Shown: positions 1 through 8,635, counted from the first letter of the stretch. The stretch is DNA of 64,000 nt from Clostridia bacterium (GCA_017516825.1 JAFXBC010000037.1:19824-83823), one strand, 5' to 3'. Notes: generated by a model not told the origin, from the letters alone. Program-made: numbers and translations.

Positions 1-283
1 CGTGATTGTGACCTGCGTGAGGATCGGAAGTAGTACCGGAAGTGGTTCCGGAGGTAGTTCCGGAAGTAGTACCGGAAGTGGTTCCGGAAGTCTCGCCGGA
101 ATGGTCGTGATCGTGCTCGTCTTCGGCAGAAGTCTCAGCAGAAGTTTCGGTGGAAGCCTCGGTAGAAGTCTCGGTGGAAGCCTCGGTGGAAGCCTCGTCT
201 GCGAACACTGCAAAAACGGACGTGGAACAAACCAGGACGAACGCCAACAGGATGGGAAGAAGTTTCAAAAGTCTGTTAGACAT
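1..283 (-). CDS. Secreted acidic low-complexity protein, 5' part only (gene runs off left edge)
   Basis: Hand translation of the minus strand. ATG at 283 with AAGGGGG SD at 288-294. MSNRLLKLLPILLAFVLVCSTSVFAVFADEASTE... is a signal peptide followed by E/S/T/A-rich repeats and an HDHDH stretch. Not in the ORF track because no stop lies inside the window. Confidence 0.5.
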   Translation of the reverse strand, partial: MSNRLLKLLPILLAFVLVCSTSVFAVFADEASTEASTETSTEASTETSAETSAEDEHDHDHSGETSGTTSGTTSGTTSGTTSGTTSDPHAGHNH

Positions 284-294
284 GAGCTGCCCCC

Positions 295-444
295 TTACTT
301 GCTCTCTTTGTGAAGAGTGTGCTTGCGGCAGAATCTGCAGTACTTTTTCATTTCGAGTCTGTCAGGGTCGTTCTTCTTGTTCTTGACCGTGTCGTAGTTT
401 CTTTGTTTGCATTCAGTGCAAACCAGAGTGATCTTAACTCTCAT
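295..444 (-). CDS. rpmG: 50S ribosomal protein L33
   Basis: 49-aa ORF below the track cutoff, hand translated: [49 protein letters not shown]. It has the CxxC...CxxC L33 zinc-ribbon pattern and a GGAGG SD upstream. Confidence 0.9.
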   Translation of the reverse strand: MRVKITLVCTECKQRNYDTVKNKKNDPDRLEMKKYCRFCRKHTLHKESK

Positions 445-575
445 GTTATCGGCACCTCCAAATAAAATGTTACCTCCCTCTGCTTGCTTGGGGACTCTTT
501 GGTGAGGGTGGAAAGCGGAAATCGAAAAGGCTTCTCACGCCACAACAAAAAGACCTCTCGCGCAGAGGTAGGGAC

Positions 576-604
576 AGTATAGCACCTTTCTGCGGAAAAG
601 TCAA
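576..604 (-). promoter_or_regulatory. Candidate sigma-A promoter upstream of rpmG (TTGACT-17-TATACT)
   Basis: Minus strand has TTGACT (604-599), a 17-nt spacer and TATACT (581-576). The hairpin ACCTCTGCGCGAGAGGT plus a T-run (569-542) follows immediately. Confidence 0.35.
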
Positions 605-644
605 TAGGTTTTGGCAAGAAAATTGTAAAAACGTTTCTCATCGC

Positions 645-846
645 GAAGCGATTATGATAAAAGGCGTCGCTTGCGGGGATTCATTCCCCGCAAATAGACT
701 CCTATAAAAGTTTTTCGCCCCGCTACCTGCGCGGGCGAAAAATTCATGATTTATCATGAACCCCGTAAGGGGCTCCCGTCCCGCGGAAGGGACGGGGGAA
801 ATCACGGAAAGCGCTTGCGCTTTTCGTGAGGCCGAAGGCCTCACTC
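645..846. repeat. Cluster of 6-7 consecutive GC-rich stem-loops (REP/BIME-like) downstream of rpiB
   Basis: Inverted repeats read directly at 671-693 (ttgcgggga/tccccgcaa), 711-742, 743-760, 761-772, 775-796 (cccgtccc/gggacggg), 807-825 and 826-844 (gtgaggcc/ggcctcac, overlapping the rpiB stop). Confidence 0.55.
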
Positions 847-1269
847 CTCCATCATGGCGATGCGCTTGTCGTGTCTGCCGCCCTCGTAGGGAGTGTTCAG
901 GAAGATGTTTGCCAGCTCCACTGCCTTTGCGCTGTCGATGACTCTGCCGCCCAGGCACAGCACGTTGGCGTTGTTGTGGCGGCGGGTCATTTCTGCGGAG
1001 AAGGCGTCGGAAAGCACCGCGGCGCGGATGCCCTTCTGCTTGTTGGCGGTCATGGACATACCGATGCCGGTGCCGCAGCAGAGAATGCCCAGCAGGCACT
1101 CACCGCTCTGCACGGCGGCGCAAACCTTCTTGGCGTAAACGGGATAATCAACGGAATCGGTGGTGGTGGTACCGAAGTCGATACACTCCACCCCCTTGTT
1201 CTTCAGATCTTCGATGATGGCGTTCTTGATCTCCAAGCCGCCGTGGTCACAGCCCAATGCGATTTTCAT
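841..1269 (-). CDS. rpiB: Ribose-5-phosphate isomerase B (RpiB/LacAB family)
   Basis: 142 aa. MKIALGCDHGG...CGTGIGMSMTANK...GGR motifs are typical of RpiB. Confidence 0.9.
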   Translation of the reverse strand: MKIALGCDHGGLEIKNAIIEDLKNKGVECIDFGTTTTDSVDYPVYAKKVCAAVQSGECLLGILCCGTGIGMSMTANKQKGIRAAVLSDAFSAEMTRRHNNANVLCLGGRVIDSAKAVELANIFLNTPYEGGRHDKRIAMMEE

Positions 1270-1955
1270 ACAGTTTTTAACCTTTCTAAACGTTCTCTTT
1301 CTGCCTGGGGTACGCGGAGGTAAACAGGACGCAGCTCCTTGCCGGAAACCGCCTTCCCTTCCTTATACATACGGTAGCCGCAGAGGGCTACGGACAGGGC
1401 GTTTTGCTCACGGATCACGGGGTTGGCAACGGCGTAGCCTCCGTGGCAGTGGGAGGCGAACACCAAGGCGCCGTCTCCGCAAAGGGTGACGTCCTTTCCT
1501 GCCAAACGTTCTGCGATCTCTTCCGCGCTCCCGCAGGAATCGGGGGTGAGGCGGAGGCCGTTTTCAAAGATGGCATAGTAGAATTGGTTCCGGCGTGCGT
1601 CCATCAAGGCACACACCGTACCGGGAACCCCCTCTAAGTTCTGCGCCAGGGAATCCAGGGTGGAGACCGGGGCGCAGGGAAGGCTCTTGGGGAAGGCCAG
1701 CCCTTTCACGGTGGCAACGCCGATGCGTACGCCGGTGAAGGAGCCGGGGCCTGCGTTCACCGCGAGAAGCTCCAGGTCGGAGACCTTTGCCCCGTAGACC
1801 TGCAAAGCGTGGTCAATCATGGGCATCAGGTTCTCGCTGTGGGTCATTTTGTTTTTCACGGTGAACAGGCTGTGGGAGATCAGCTCTCCCTCCTTCACCT
1901 CCGCAATGGCTACGGAGGCGGTCACCGCGGTGGAATCTACGCCTAAGATCAGCAT
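1266..1955 (-). CDS. tsaB: tRNA t6A37 threonylcarbamoyl transfer protein TsaB (YeaZ)
   Basis: 229 aa. MLILGVDST...GPGSFTGVRIG motif. It overlaps tsaE and rpiB in an operon-like arrangement. Confidence 0.85.
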   Translation of the reverse strand: MLILGVDSTAVTASVAIAEVKEGELISHSLFTVKNKMTHSENLMPMIDHALQVYGAKVSDLELLAVNAGPGSFTGVRIGVATVKGLAFPKSLPCAPVSTLDSLAQNLEGVPGTVCALMDARRNQFYYAIFENGLRLTPDSCGSAEEIAERLAGKDVTLCGDGALVFASHCHGGYAVANPVIREQNALSVALCGYRMYKEGKAVSGKELRPVYLRVPQAERERLERLKTV

Positions 1956-2368
1956 AACGTAAACTTCCTTTCCGTTTCCCCCGCCTTTTCGATGCGTAAG
2001 CGGTGGGCGCCTTGGGGAATTGCTCCGTCGATCAGCTCACTCCACTCCGTCACCACAATGCCCTCGCCCCCCAAGCGGTCGAAGTAGCCTGTGGAATACA
2101 GGTCGTCCTCGTCCGCGATGCGGTAAAGGTCGTAATGGTACACCGTGATCTCGTTGCCCTCGTACTCGTTGACGATGGCGAAGGTGGGGGAATGCACCAA
2201 AGGCAGGCACTCCGGGCAGAGGGCTTTCACCAGCCCCCGCACGAAAGCGGTTTTGCCCGCACCCATTTCGCCGTACAGGGCAAGAACGTCCCCCTTCTTC
2301 AGAAGGGAAGCGATCTCCGCCGCAACGGCGTCGGTGTCGGATAGATTTTTGGAATAAAATTCTTTCAT
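1949..2368 (-). CDS. tsaE: tRNA t6A37 ATPase TsaE (YjeE)
   Basis: 139 aa. Walker A GEMGAGKT, then SPTFAIVNEY...HYDLYR, typical of TsaE. Confidence 0.85.
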   Translation of the reverse strand: MKEFYSKNLSDTDAVAAEIASLLKKGDVLALYGEMGAGKTAFVRGLVKALCPECLPLVHSPTFAIVNEYEGNEITVYHYDLYRIADEDDLYSTGYFDRLGGEGIVVTEWSELIDGAIPQGAHRLRIEKAGETERKFTLC

Positions 2369-4033
2369 TTAGAAGAGTCCTACGATCTTGCCCTCCACCA
2401 GGTCGATCTTCTCGGCGGCGGGGTGCAGGGGGAGACCGGGCATGGTCATCACTTCACCGGTAAGCACCACCACGAAGCCCGCTCCTGCGGAAACACGGAC
2501 CTCACGGACGGTGAGGCGGTAGCCGGAGGGTGCGCCCAGCTTCTTGGGATCGTCGGAAAGGGAGTACTGGGTCTTTGCCACGCAGATGGGAAGGTTGCCG
2601 TAGCCCAGCGCCTCGATGTCGGCAATGGCCTTCTTGGCGGCGGGGAGGATGTCGACCCCCGCGGCGTGGTAGATCTTGGTAGCCACGGCTTCGATCTTCT
2701 CGGTGATGGAAGCCTCGGTGGGATAGGTGAACTTAAAGTCGGCGGGCTGTTCGCAGAGACGGACGACCTCCTCTGCCAGAGCAAGGCTGCCTGCGCCGCC
2801 TTCCGCAAAGGCCTTGGAAACGATGGCCTTCACGCCCTTTTCGGCACAGTAGGAGCGGATCAACTCCAATTCTGCCTCGGTGTCTGCGTAGAAGTGGTTG
2901 ATCACCACCACCAACGGGATGCCGAAGCCCTTCAGGTTGTCGATGTGAGCCCCCAGGTTGGCGATGCCTGCCTTCAGAGCCTCAAGATTTTCCTTGCCGG
3001 TCTCTGCCTTGGGCACGCCGCCGTTGTACTTCAGCGCACGGGCGGTGGCAACCAGCACGATGGCGTTGGGATGGAAGCCTGCGGCACGGCACTTGATGTC
3101 CAAGAACTTTTCCGCACCCAGATCGGCACCGAAGCCTGCCTCGGTGACGGTGTAGTCTGCGATCTTCAAGGCGGTGCGGGTGGCGATGATGGAGTTACAG
3201 CCGTGGGCGATGTTGGCGAAGGGGCCGCCGTGAACCAGAGTGGGGGTGTTTTCCAGGGTCTGTACCAGGTTGGGCTTGATGGCGTCCTTCAAAAGAACGG
3301 TCATAGCGCCTGCGGCGTTCAACTGGCGGCAGTATACGGGGTTGCCGTCGTAGTCGTAGGCCACCAGCATATTGCCCAGTCTCTCCTTCAGATCCTCGGG
3401 AGAGGAAGCCAGACACAGAATGGCCATGATCTCGGTGGCAACGGTGATCATAAACTTGTCCTGACGGGTAACGCCGTTTTTCTTTTCGCCCAAGCCAACG
3501 GTGATCTCGCGGAGGACGCGGTCGTTGATGTCCACGCATCTTGCGTGGATGATCCGCTTGGGGTCGATGCGGAGGGCGTTGCCCTGCTGGAGGTGGTTAT
3601 CCAGCATAGCGGCCAGCAGGTTGTTTGCCGCGGTGATGGCGTGGAAGTCGCCGGTGAAGTGGAGGTTGATGTCCTCCATGGGGACTACCTGGGCGTATCC
3701 GCCGCCTGCGGCACCGCCCTTAATGCCGAACACCGGGCCCAGAGAGGGCTCGCGGAGGGCGATCATTACGTTCTTACCCATGCGGTGGAGAGCGTCGCCC
3801 AGACCGATGGTCATGGTGGTCTTACCCTCGCCCGCAGGGGTGGGGGAGATGGCGGTGACAAGGATCAGCTTGCCGTTTTCCTTGTGAGCAAAGCGGGCTT
3901 CCGCCTCGGGAAGCAGCTTGGCCTTGTATTTACCGTAGGGGTCGATATCGTCCTGGCAAAGTCCCAGGCTTTCCGCTACTGCGGTGATGGGAAGCATTTT
4001 CGCTTCCTGGGCAATTTCTACGTCCGGTTTCAT
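2369..4033 (-). CDS. fhs: Formate--tetrahydrofolate ligase
   Basis: FTHFS-family sequence ([10 protein letters not shown]..., [24 protein letters not shown]). Start placed at ATG 4033 (MKPDVEIAQ) because AAGGAG lies 8 nt upstream. The track start at 4054 has no SD. Confidence 0.95.
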   Translation of the reverse strand: MKPDVEIAQEAKMLPITAVAESLGLCQDDIDPYGKYKAKLLPEAEARFAHKENGKLILVTAISPTPAGEGKTTMTIGLGDALHRMGKNVMIALREPSLGPVFGIKGGAAGGGYAQVVPMEDINLHFTGDFHAITAANNLLAAMLDNHLQQGNALRIDPKRIIHARCVDINDRVLREITVGLGEKKNGVTRQDKFMITVATEIMAILCLASSPEDLKERLGNMLVAYDYDGNPVYCRQLNAAGAMTVLLKDAIKPNLVQTLENTPTLVHGGPFANIAHGCNSIIATRTALKIADYTVTEAGFGADLGAEKFLDIKCRAAGFHPNAIVLVATARALKYNGGVPKAETGKENLEALKAGIANLGAHIDNLKGFGIPLVVVINHFYADTEAELELIRSYCAEKGVKAIVSKAFAEGGAGSLALAEEVVRLCEQPADFKFTYPTEASITEKIEAVATKIYHAAGVDILPAAKKAIADIEALGYGNLPICVAKTQYSLSDDPKKLGAPSGYRLTVREVRVSAGAGFVVVLTGEVMTMPGLPLHPAAEKIDLVEGKIVGLF

Positions 4034-4053
4034 TGGATACGCTCCTTCGTTCA

Positions 4054-4096
4054 TAAAAAATAAAAGGACAATCCCTTGTGTTCAAAAGGATTGCCC
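4054..4096 (-). terminator. Intrinsic terminator/attenuator inside the fhs 5' leader
   Basis: Minus strand GGGCAATCCTT-ttgaacac-AAGGGATTGTCC followed by TTTTATTTTTT. It ends about 20 nt before the fhs SD. Confidence 0.55.
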
Positions 4097-4166
4097 AGAC
4101 GGTCGGCTTGCAATAACGCGGTTTCGGCACACTGTGTTGATTCACATATCCGTCAGCACCGATCCT
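4090..4166 (-). ncRNA. Candidate ZTP (pfl-motif)-like riboswitch aptamer in the fhs leader
   Basis: Leader RNA GGAUCGGUGCUGACGGAUA...CCGACCGUCUGGGCA. The 3' CCGUCUGGGCA resembles the conserved ZTP CCGCCUGGGCA. GACGG (5') is complementary to CCGUC (pseudoknot-like). UGGGCA overlaps the 5' arm of the terminator. The P2 region does not match the consensus I remember. Confidence 0.35.
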
Positions 4167-4172
4167 ACGTGT

Positions 4173-4202
4173 ATCATATCACATTCGTTATGATTTTGTC
4201 AA
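4173..4202 (-). promoter_or_regulatory. Candidate sigma-A promoter of fhs (TTGACA-18-TGaTATGAT)
   Basis: Minus strand has TTGACA (4202-4197), an 18-nt spacer and TATGAT (4178-4173) preceded by TGa (extended -10). Confidence 0.45.
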
Positions 4203-4235
4203 GGGGAATGGGAAAGTTTTTGAGGGGGAACGCTT

Positions 4236-4272
4236 AAGAACCTTTCTTTTTGAAGAAAGGTTCTTAAGAATC
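4236..4272. repeat. Perfect long inverted repeat (cttaagaacctttc/gaaaggttcttaag)
   Basis: Read directly: cttaagaacctttctttttgaagaaaggttcttaag. It abuts repeat copy R1 at 4271-4313. Confidence 0.6.
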
Positions 4273-4313
4273 TCCAAAGAAACTCAGTGCCGAAAACTGT
4301 CGTTTTCGGAAAG
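4271..4313 (-). repeat. Dispersed 43-nt palindromic repeat R1 (copy 1, inverted relative to 51698-51740)
   Basis: The reverse complement cctttccgaaaacgacagttttcggcactgagtttctttggag matches 51698-51740 except for about 5 positions. It contains the hairpin ccgaaaac/gttttcgg. Confidence 0.7.
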
Positions 4314-4608
4314 GGTGAGTTGCGCTTCTTTTCATTTTATACTCTACGGGTCGCCGTGGACGTCGACCCCTACGAACCCGCACCGGGGAATGGCGAACAA
4401 AAAGCGTACGCGACAAGGATTTGCGCGTTGTGTCGGTGAAGCGCTTTTCCTGCCCATGTCCGTAGGGTGCGGCTTTGGGTTGTCGCCGCAACGTATCGAA
4501 CGTTCCGTCTCCACGGCGACCCTTTGGAGCAATTGCCGTTTTCGATAGAAACCGGACACAGATGCCATTTTTTCTTCCTTCAAAGGAAAAGTTTTTGGGG
4601 AGAGAGTT

Positions 4609-4642
4609 TGAGAGAGGGACTTTTTTCAAAAAGTCCCTCTCT
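4609..4642 (-). terminator. Hairpin downstream of asd (possible terminator)
   Basis: 16-nt perfect arms gagagagggacttttt/aaaaagtccctctctc lie 20 nt after the asd stop. There is no clean external T-run, since the T-run is inside the stem. Confidence 0.4.
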
Positions 4643-4661
4643 CATGAAAACGCGTATTAAC

Positions 4662-5741
4662 TTATCCCAAATAACCCTGCTTATACAGCAGCTCTGCGCC
4701 CAGAACGGCGCCGCCTGCGGCACCGCGAAGGGTGTTGTGGGAGAGGCAGACGAACTTGTAGTCGAAGATGGTATCCTCGCGGAGTCTGCCGATGGAGATG
4801 CCCATGCCGCCGTAGAGATCTCTGTCCAGGCGGGTCTGGGGGCGGTTGTCCTCCTCAAAGTAGGTTAAGAACTTCTCGGGTGCGTGGGGAAGGGAGAGGC
4901 GCTGTGCTTCCCCTTCGTAGGCTGCCCAATCTGCCTTGATCTGCTCGATGGAGGGCTTGTTCTCAAAGCTGACGGAAACGGCCGCCAGATGTCCGTCGGA
5001 TGCGGGCACGCGGATGCACTGCGCGGAGATCACGGGAGTGGTGGCGTTTACGATGACGCCGTTCTCCACGGTGCCCCAAACCTTCAAGGGTTCCTTCTCG
5101 CTCTTTTCCTCCTCGCCGCCGATGTAGGGGATCACGTTGTCCACCATTTCGGGCCAGGTATCGAAATTCTTCCCTGCGCCGGAGATGGCCTGGAAGGTGG
5201 TGACGTTCACGGCCTTGATGCCGTACTTGCGGAGAGGCTCCAGAGCGGGAACGTAGCTCTGAATAGAGCAGTTGGGTTTCACGGAAATGAAGCCCTTCTT
5301 GGTGCCCAAGCGCTCTCTCTGGGCCTTGACCACCTGGGTGTGGGCGTAGTTGATCTCGGGGATGAGCATGGGAACGTCGGGGGTGCCGCGGTGGGCGGAG
5401 TTGTTGGAGACCACGGGGATCTCCGCCTTGGCGTAGGCTTCCTCCAGAGCGGCGACGTATTTCTTATCCATGTTGATGGCACAGAAAACGAAATCCACGT
5501 GGGGCTTTACGCTTTCGATGTCCTCGGCGTTCAGAACCACCATGTCGGCAATCCCTGCGGGGATGGGAGTGGACATCATCCATCTGCCCTTCACCGCCTC
5601 ACCGTAGGTCTTGCCTGCGGAGGAGGGGCTTGCCACCAATGCGGTGATCTCAAAATAGGGGTGGTCGGCGATCAACGTAATGAAACGCTGACCAACCATG
5701 CCGGTAGCGCCGACGATACCGGCTCTCAGTTTGTTTGCCAT
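4662..5741 (-). CDS. asd: Aspartate-semialdehyde dehydrogenase
   Basis: 359 aa. N-terminal GIVGATGMVGQRF Rossmann motif and KPNCSIQ active-site Cys region. Confidence 0.9.
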   Translation of the reverse strand: MANKLRAGIVGATGMVGQRFITLIADHPYFEITALVASPSSAGKTYGEAVKGRWMMSTPIPAGIADMVVLNAEDIESVKPHVDFVFCAINMDKKYVAALEEAYAKAEIPVVSNNSAHRGTPDVPMLIPEINYAHTQVVKAQRERLGTKKGFISVKPNCSIQSYVPALEPLRKYGIKAVNVTTFQAISGAGKNFDTWPEMVDNVIPYIGGEEEKSEKEPLKVWGTVENGVIVNATTPVISAQCIRVPASDGHLAAVSVSFENKPSIEQIKADWAAYEGEAQRLSLPHAPEKFLTYFEEDNRPQTRLDRDLYGGMGISIGRLREDTIFDYKFVCLSHNTLRGAAGGAVLGAELLYKQGYLG

Positions 5742-5763
5742 GGTAAATGCTTCCTTTCGGGGG

Positions 5764-6237
5764 TCAGATCAGATCTTTATAAATGCCGGGAACGGAGTTT
5801 TCAATGACTTCCGCGCCGCAGACTTTTTTGTAATACTCAACGGGGCCTGCACTGCCGATGATGGCGTAGCCGTAGCCCTCTTCGCGAAGTGCGTCCAGAC
5901 AAGCCATCAGAAGGGCACCGCCGATGCCGCCCTTGCGGGCTTCTTCCGCTACGCCGGTGGGACCGAAGAAATCGGGCGCGGTGCAGTCGTAGCCCGCAAA
6001 GCCCAGGATCTCCTTCTTCTCGGTGTCGTAGGCGATGAAGCAGGAAACGGGGGACTTGGTGAAGGCGGCGGCGATCTCGTTGGACCAGCCGATGCCGAAT
6101 CTCTCCTCGATCCAGTTCAGAACCTTGTCGCGGTTGGGGGTCATGGGACGGATGATGCGTACGTTTCTGGCCGCCACTCTGTCGTAAAAGGGCTTGGTGT
6201 CGGGCAGGTTGTAAAGCTTGACGAGCATATCGGGCAT
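5764..6237 (-). CDS. GNAT family N-acetyltransferase
   Basis: RKGGIGGALL acetyl-CoA-binding motif. Start moved to ATG 6237 (MPDMLVKLY) with AAGGAGG SD 8 nt upstream. Confidence 0.75.
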   Translation of the reverse strand: MPDMLVKLYNLPDTKPFYDRVAARNVRIIRPMTPNRDKVLNWIEERFGIGWSNEIAAAFTKSPVSCFIAYDTEKKEILGFAGYDCTAPDFFGPTGVAEEARKGGIGGALLMACLDALREEGYGYAIIGSAGPVEYYKKVCGAEVIENSVPGIYKDLI

Positions 6238-6324
6238 GGGGGAAATCCTCCTTATGAATCTTATGCAAAACACCGCCGAATCGCTTCTGCAAAACGGCGG
6301 TGTCTCTGTTCCTTAGAAACGGAA

Positions 6325-8538
6325 TTACTTTTCGGTGACTTTGTCGTAGGTGACCTTCATGTTGCCGTACTCCTCGAAGATGGAGAAGTCGGTGATCTTG
6401 CCACAGCCCTTCAGGGTGAGGTTCAGCTTGGACTTGGCGTCGAAGACCAGATCAGCTTCCTTGTCGTCGGTCTTGGGAGTACCGAAGGCATCCTTAATGG
6501 AGGCGTTGCTCAGCAGGACGCAGTCGGTGAAGTTAGCGGTGGAAAGCTTCTTCAGCGTTACCAGATCCTTGATGTCGGTGAGCTTGTCGCACTTGGTCAT
6601 GGTCAGGGTGGCGATGGACTCGTTGCCCTTCAGACCGCTCAGGCTCTCCAGCTTGGACTCGGACAGGTTCACGGTGGTGAGGCTCTTCAGCTCCTTCAGA
6701 TCGGGGATCTCGGTGATGCCGGTCTTGTTGGCGGTGAGGGTCTTCAGCCCGGTGAGGGTCTCGATGCCGTTCAGGTTGGCCAGGGTCTTGTTGTCGGTGA
6801 GGGTCAGGGTCTCCAGCTTGGTGCAGCCGTTGAACTTCATAGCGCCGTCCTTCTCTGCGGCAAGCTTGTTATCGGAAAGATCCAGAGAGCTGAGCTTTGC
6901 GGCGGAGAGAACGATGTTGGTGATGTAGTTATCGGAAAGGTTGATGGTAACGGTGTTGGTGTTGACCTTCTTTTCCTCTTCCTTCTCAACCTTCTTGTCG
7001 GCTTCGATGTCGTCGTCGCTCATGCCGGGATAGGTGGGATTGAAGGAGGCCAGGCCGGAAGCGTTCACGATGGAGTTATCGGACAGATCCAGAGTGCCCA
7101 GACGATCCAGCGCCTTCAGGTCGGGGATGGAGGTGAGGTTGTTGTCGGCCAGCATCAGCGTGGTGAGCTTGGCCATGCCGCTGACGGCGGAAGCATCGGA
7201 GATCTTGTTATCGGATGCATCCAGGTAGGTCACCTCGGTGGCAGAGGACAGGGGAGAGAGGTCTGCCAGGCTGTTGCCGGAGAGGTAAACGCTTTCCAGC
7301 TTGGAGAAGCCCTTCACCGCGCTGATGTCGGTGAGTTCGCAATCCAGAGCGTGGAGAAGCTTCATCTCGGTCATGCCTTCAACGCCCTTCAAGGTCTTCA
7401 CGGGGTTGGTGGCGATGGAGAGGTACTTGACGTTCTTCAGAGAAGACAGAGCGGAAAGATCGGAAACGTTGTTGTTGGAGATGTCCAGATACTTCAGGTT
7501 GGGAAGCATGGACAGCACGGACAGATCTTCGCTGGTGAGGCCGGTGGTGTTGTACTTAACCTCGGTCTCTGCGGATTCTTCTCTTTCTTCCTCTTCCTCG
7601 GGAGTTTCTTCCTTTTCTTCCTCAGAAGTATCGGAGGAGGTGGTGGAAGAAGTATCGGAGGAGGAAGTGCTGCCGGAGGTCTCGCCCTCGTGATCGTGAT
7701 CGTGATCGTGGTCGTGATCGTGATCCTCATCCTCGGGAACGGCGACGTTCAGGCTGTTCATGCTGAGGTAGGTCAGACCGGGAACCTTGTCCAGATCGGA
7801 GATATCGGTGAGGGCGGTGTTGGTGACATCCAGCTTGTTCAGCTTGGGGAAGCTGTCAATGCCCTCCAGGGTGGTGATGCCGGTGTAGCAGATAGAAAGC
7901 TGCTCCAGCTTGGTCAGACCGGAGATCTGGCTCAGGCTGGTGAGGCCGGAAAGCTTGGTAGCCTCCACGATGGTCTCCAGAGCGTAGGGGGTGTTGCCCA
8001 GACCGTACATGCTGTAAAGCTGGGTCTGGTAACAGCCCTCGGACATGGTGGACAGCTCGGAGATGTCGAATGCACGGAGCATACGCAGGTTGCGGAACAG
8101 GTTCAGGTCCGCAGGATCGGAAAGGGGATAGATCACCTGGGTGATGTTCTGGGAATAATCGGTGTCCCCTGCGCCCTCACCCTCGTAATCGGGGTCGGTC
8201 TGCTCCATAAGAGCGTCGGTGTAGGTCTTGTCGCAAAGCATGACCACGGGGTATGCGTAGGACTGGTAGCCGGACGAGGTGTCCACGCCTACGCTGCAGA
8301 AGTAGATCAGACCCTCGAAACGGTCCAGATCCTCCTGGGTGAGGTCGTACTGGGAAGAGAGACCCAGTGCGCCGGCGATGGCGGACGCGAAGCCCTTATC
8401 GCTGAAGTCCTGGTAGAAGGATGCTCTGTGAGAGATGCTGATCACGATGGTGCTTGCCAGCATGATGAACACCACTGCGCAACAGATCATCGCAGTCCAG
8501 AACTGCTTTTTCTGTCTGGTCTTGTAGATAGATGCCAT
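6325..8538 (-). CDS. Membrane-anchored leucine-rich-repeat (internalin-like) surface protein with HD-repeat/acidic linker
   Basis: 737 aa. N-terminal TM (FWTAMICCAVVFIMLASTIVISI), two blocks of ~22-aa LRRs (LxxLxxLxLxxNxIxDIS) and a central EDEDHDHDHDHDHDHEGETSGSTSSSDTSSTTS...EEEKEE low-complexity linker. Confidence 0.7.
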   Translation of the reverse strand: MASIYKTRQKKQFWTAMICCAVVFIMLASTIVISISHRASFYQDFSDKGFASAIAGALGLSSQYDLTQEDLDRFEGLIYFCSVGVDTSSGYQSYAYPVVMLCDKTYTDALMEQTDPDYEGEGAGDTDYSQNITQVIYPLSDPADLNLFRNLRMLRAFDISELSTMSEGCYQTQLYSMYGLGNTPYALETIVEATKLSGLTSLSQISGLTKLEQLSICYTGITTLEGIDSFPKLNKLDVTNTALTDISDLDKVPGLTYLSMNSLNVAVPEDEDHDHDHDHDHDHEGETSGSTSSSDTSSTTSSDTSEEEKEETPEEEEEREESAETEVKYNTTGLTSEDLSVLSMLPNLKYLDISNNNVSDLSALSSLKNVKYLSIATNPVKTLKGVEGMTEMKLLHALDCELTDISAVKGFSKLESVYLSGNSLADLSPLSSATEVTYLDASDNKISDASAVSGMAKLTTLMLADNNLTSIPDLKALDRLGTLDLSDNSIVNASGLASFNPTYPGMSDDDIEADKKVEKEEEKKVNTNTVTINLSDNYITNIVLSAAKLSSLDLSDNKLAAEKDGAMKFNGCTKLETLTLTDNKTLANLNGIETLTGLKTLTANKTGITEIPDLKELKSLTTVNLSESKLESLSGLKGNESIATLTMTKCDKLTDIKDLVTLKKLSTANFTDCVLLSNASIKDAFGTPKTDDKEADLVFDAKSKLNLTLKGCGKITDFSIFEEYGNMKVTYDKVTEK

Positions 8539-8581
8539 GTTGTTTCCTCCGAAACTTGAGAATTCTTTATTTCAATGGGTT

Positions 8582-8610
8582 ATTGTACCACAAAAAGTTG
8601 ACAATTGCAA
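8582..8610 (-). promoter_or_regulatory. Candidate sigma-A promoter of the LRR gene (TTGCAA-17-TGgTACAAT)
   Basis: Minus strand has TTGCAA (8610-8605), a 17-nt spacer and TACAAT (8587-8582) with an upstream TGg. Confidence 0.45.
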
Positions 8611-8635
8611 GGGGTATTTCACTTTTGTCGGAAAA

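Noticed and set aside
5742-5763. Lysine riboswitch (L-box) upstream of asd.
   Set aside because: Only 22 nt separate asd from the preceding GNAT gene, so the genes appear co-transcribed. The structured 4.2-4.65 kb region lies downstream of asd, not upstream.
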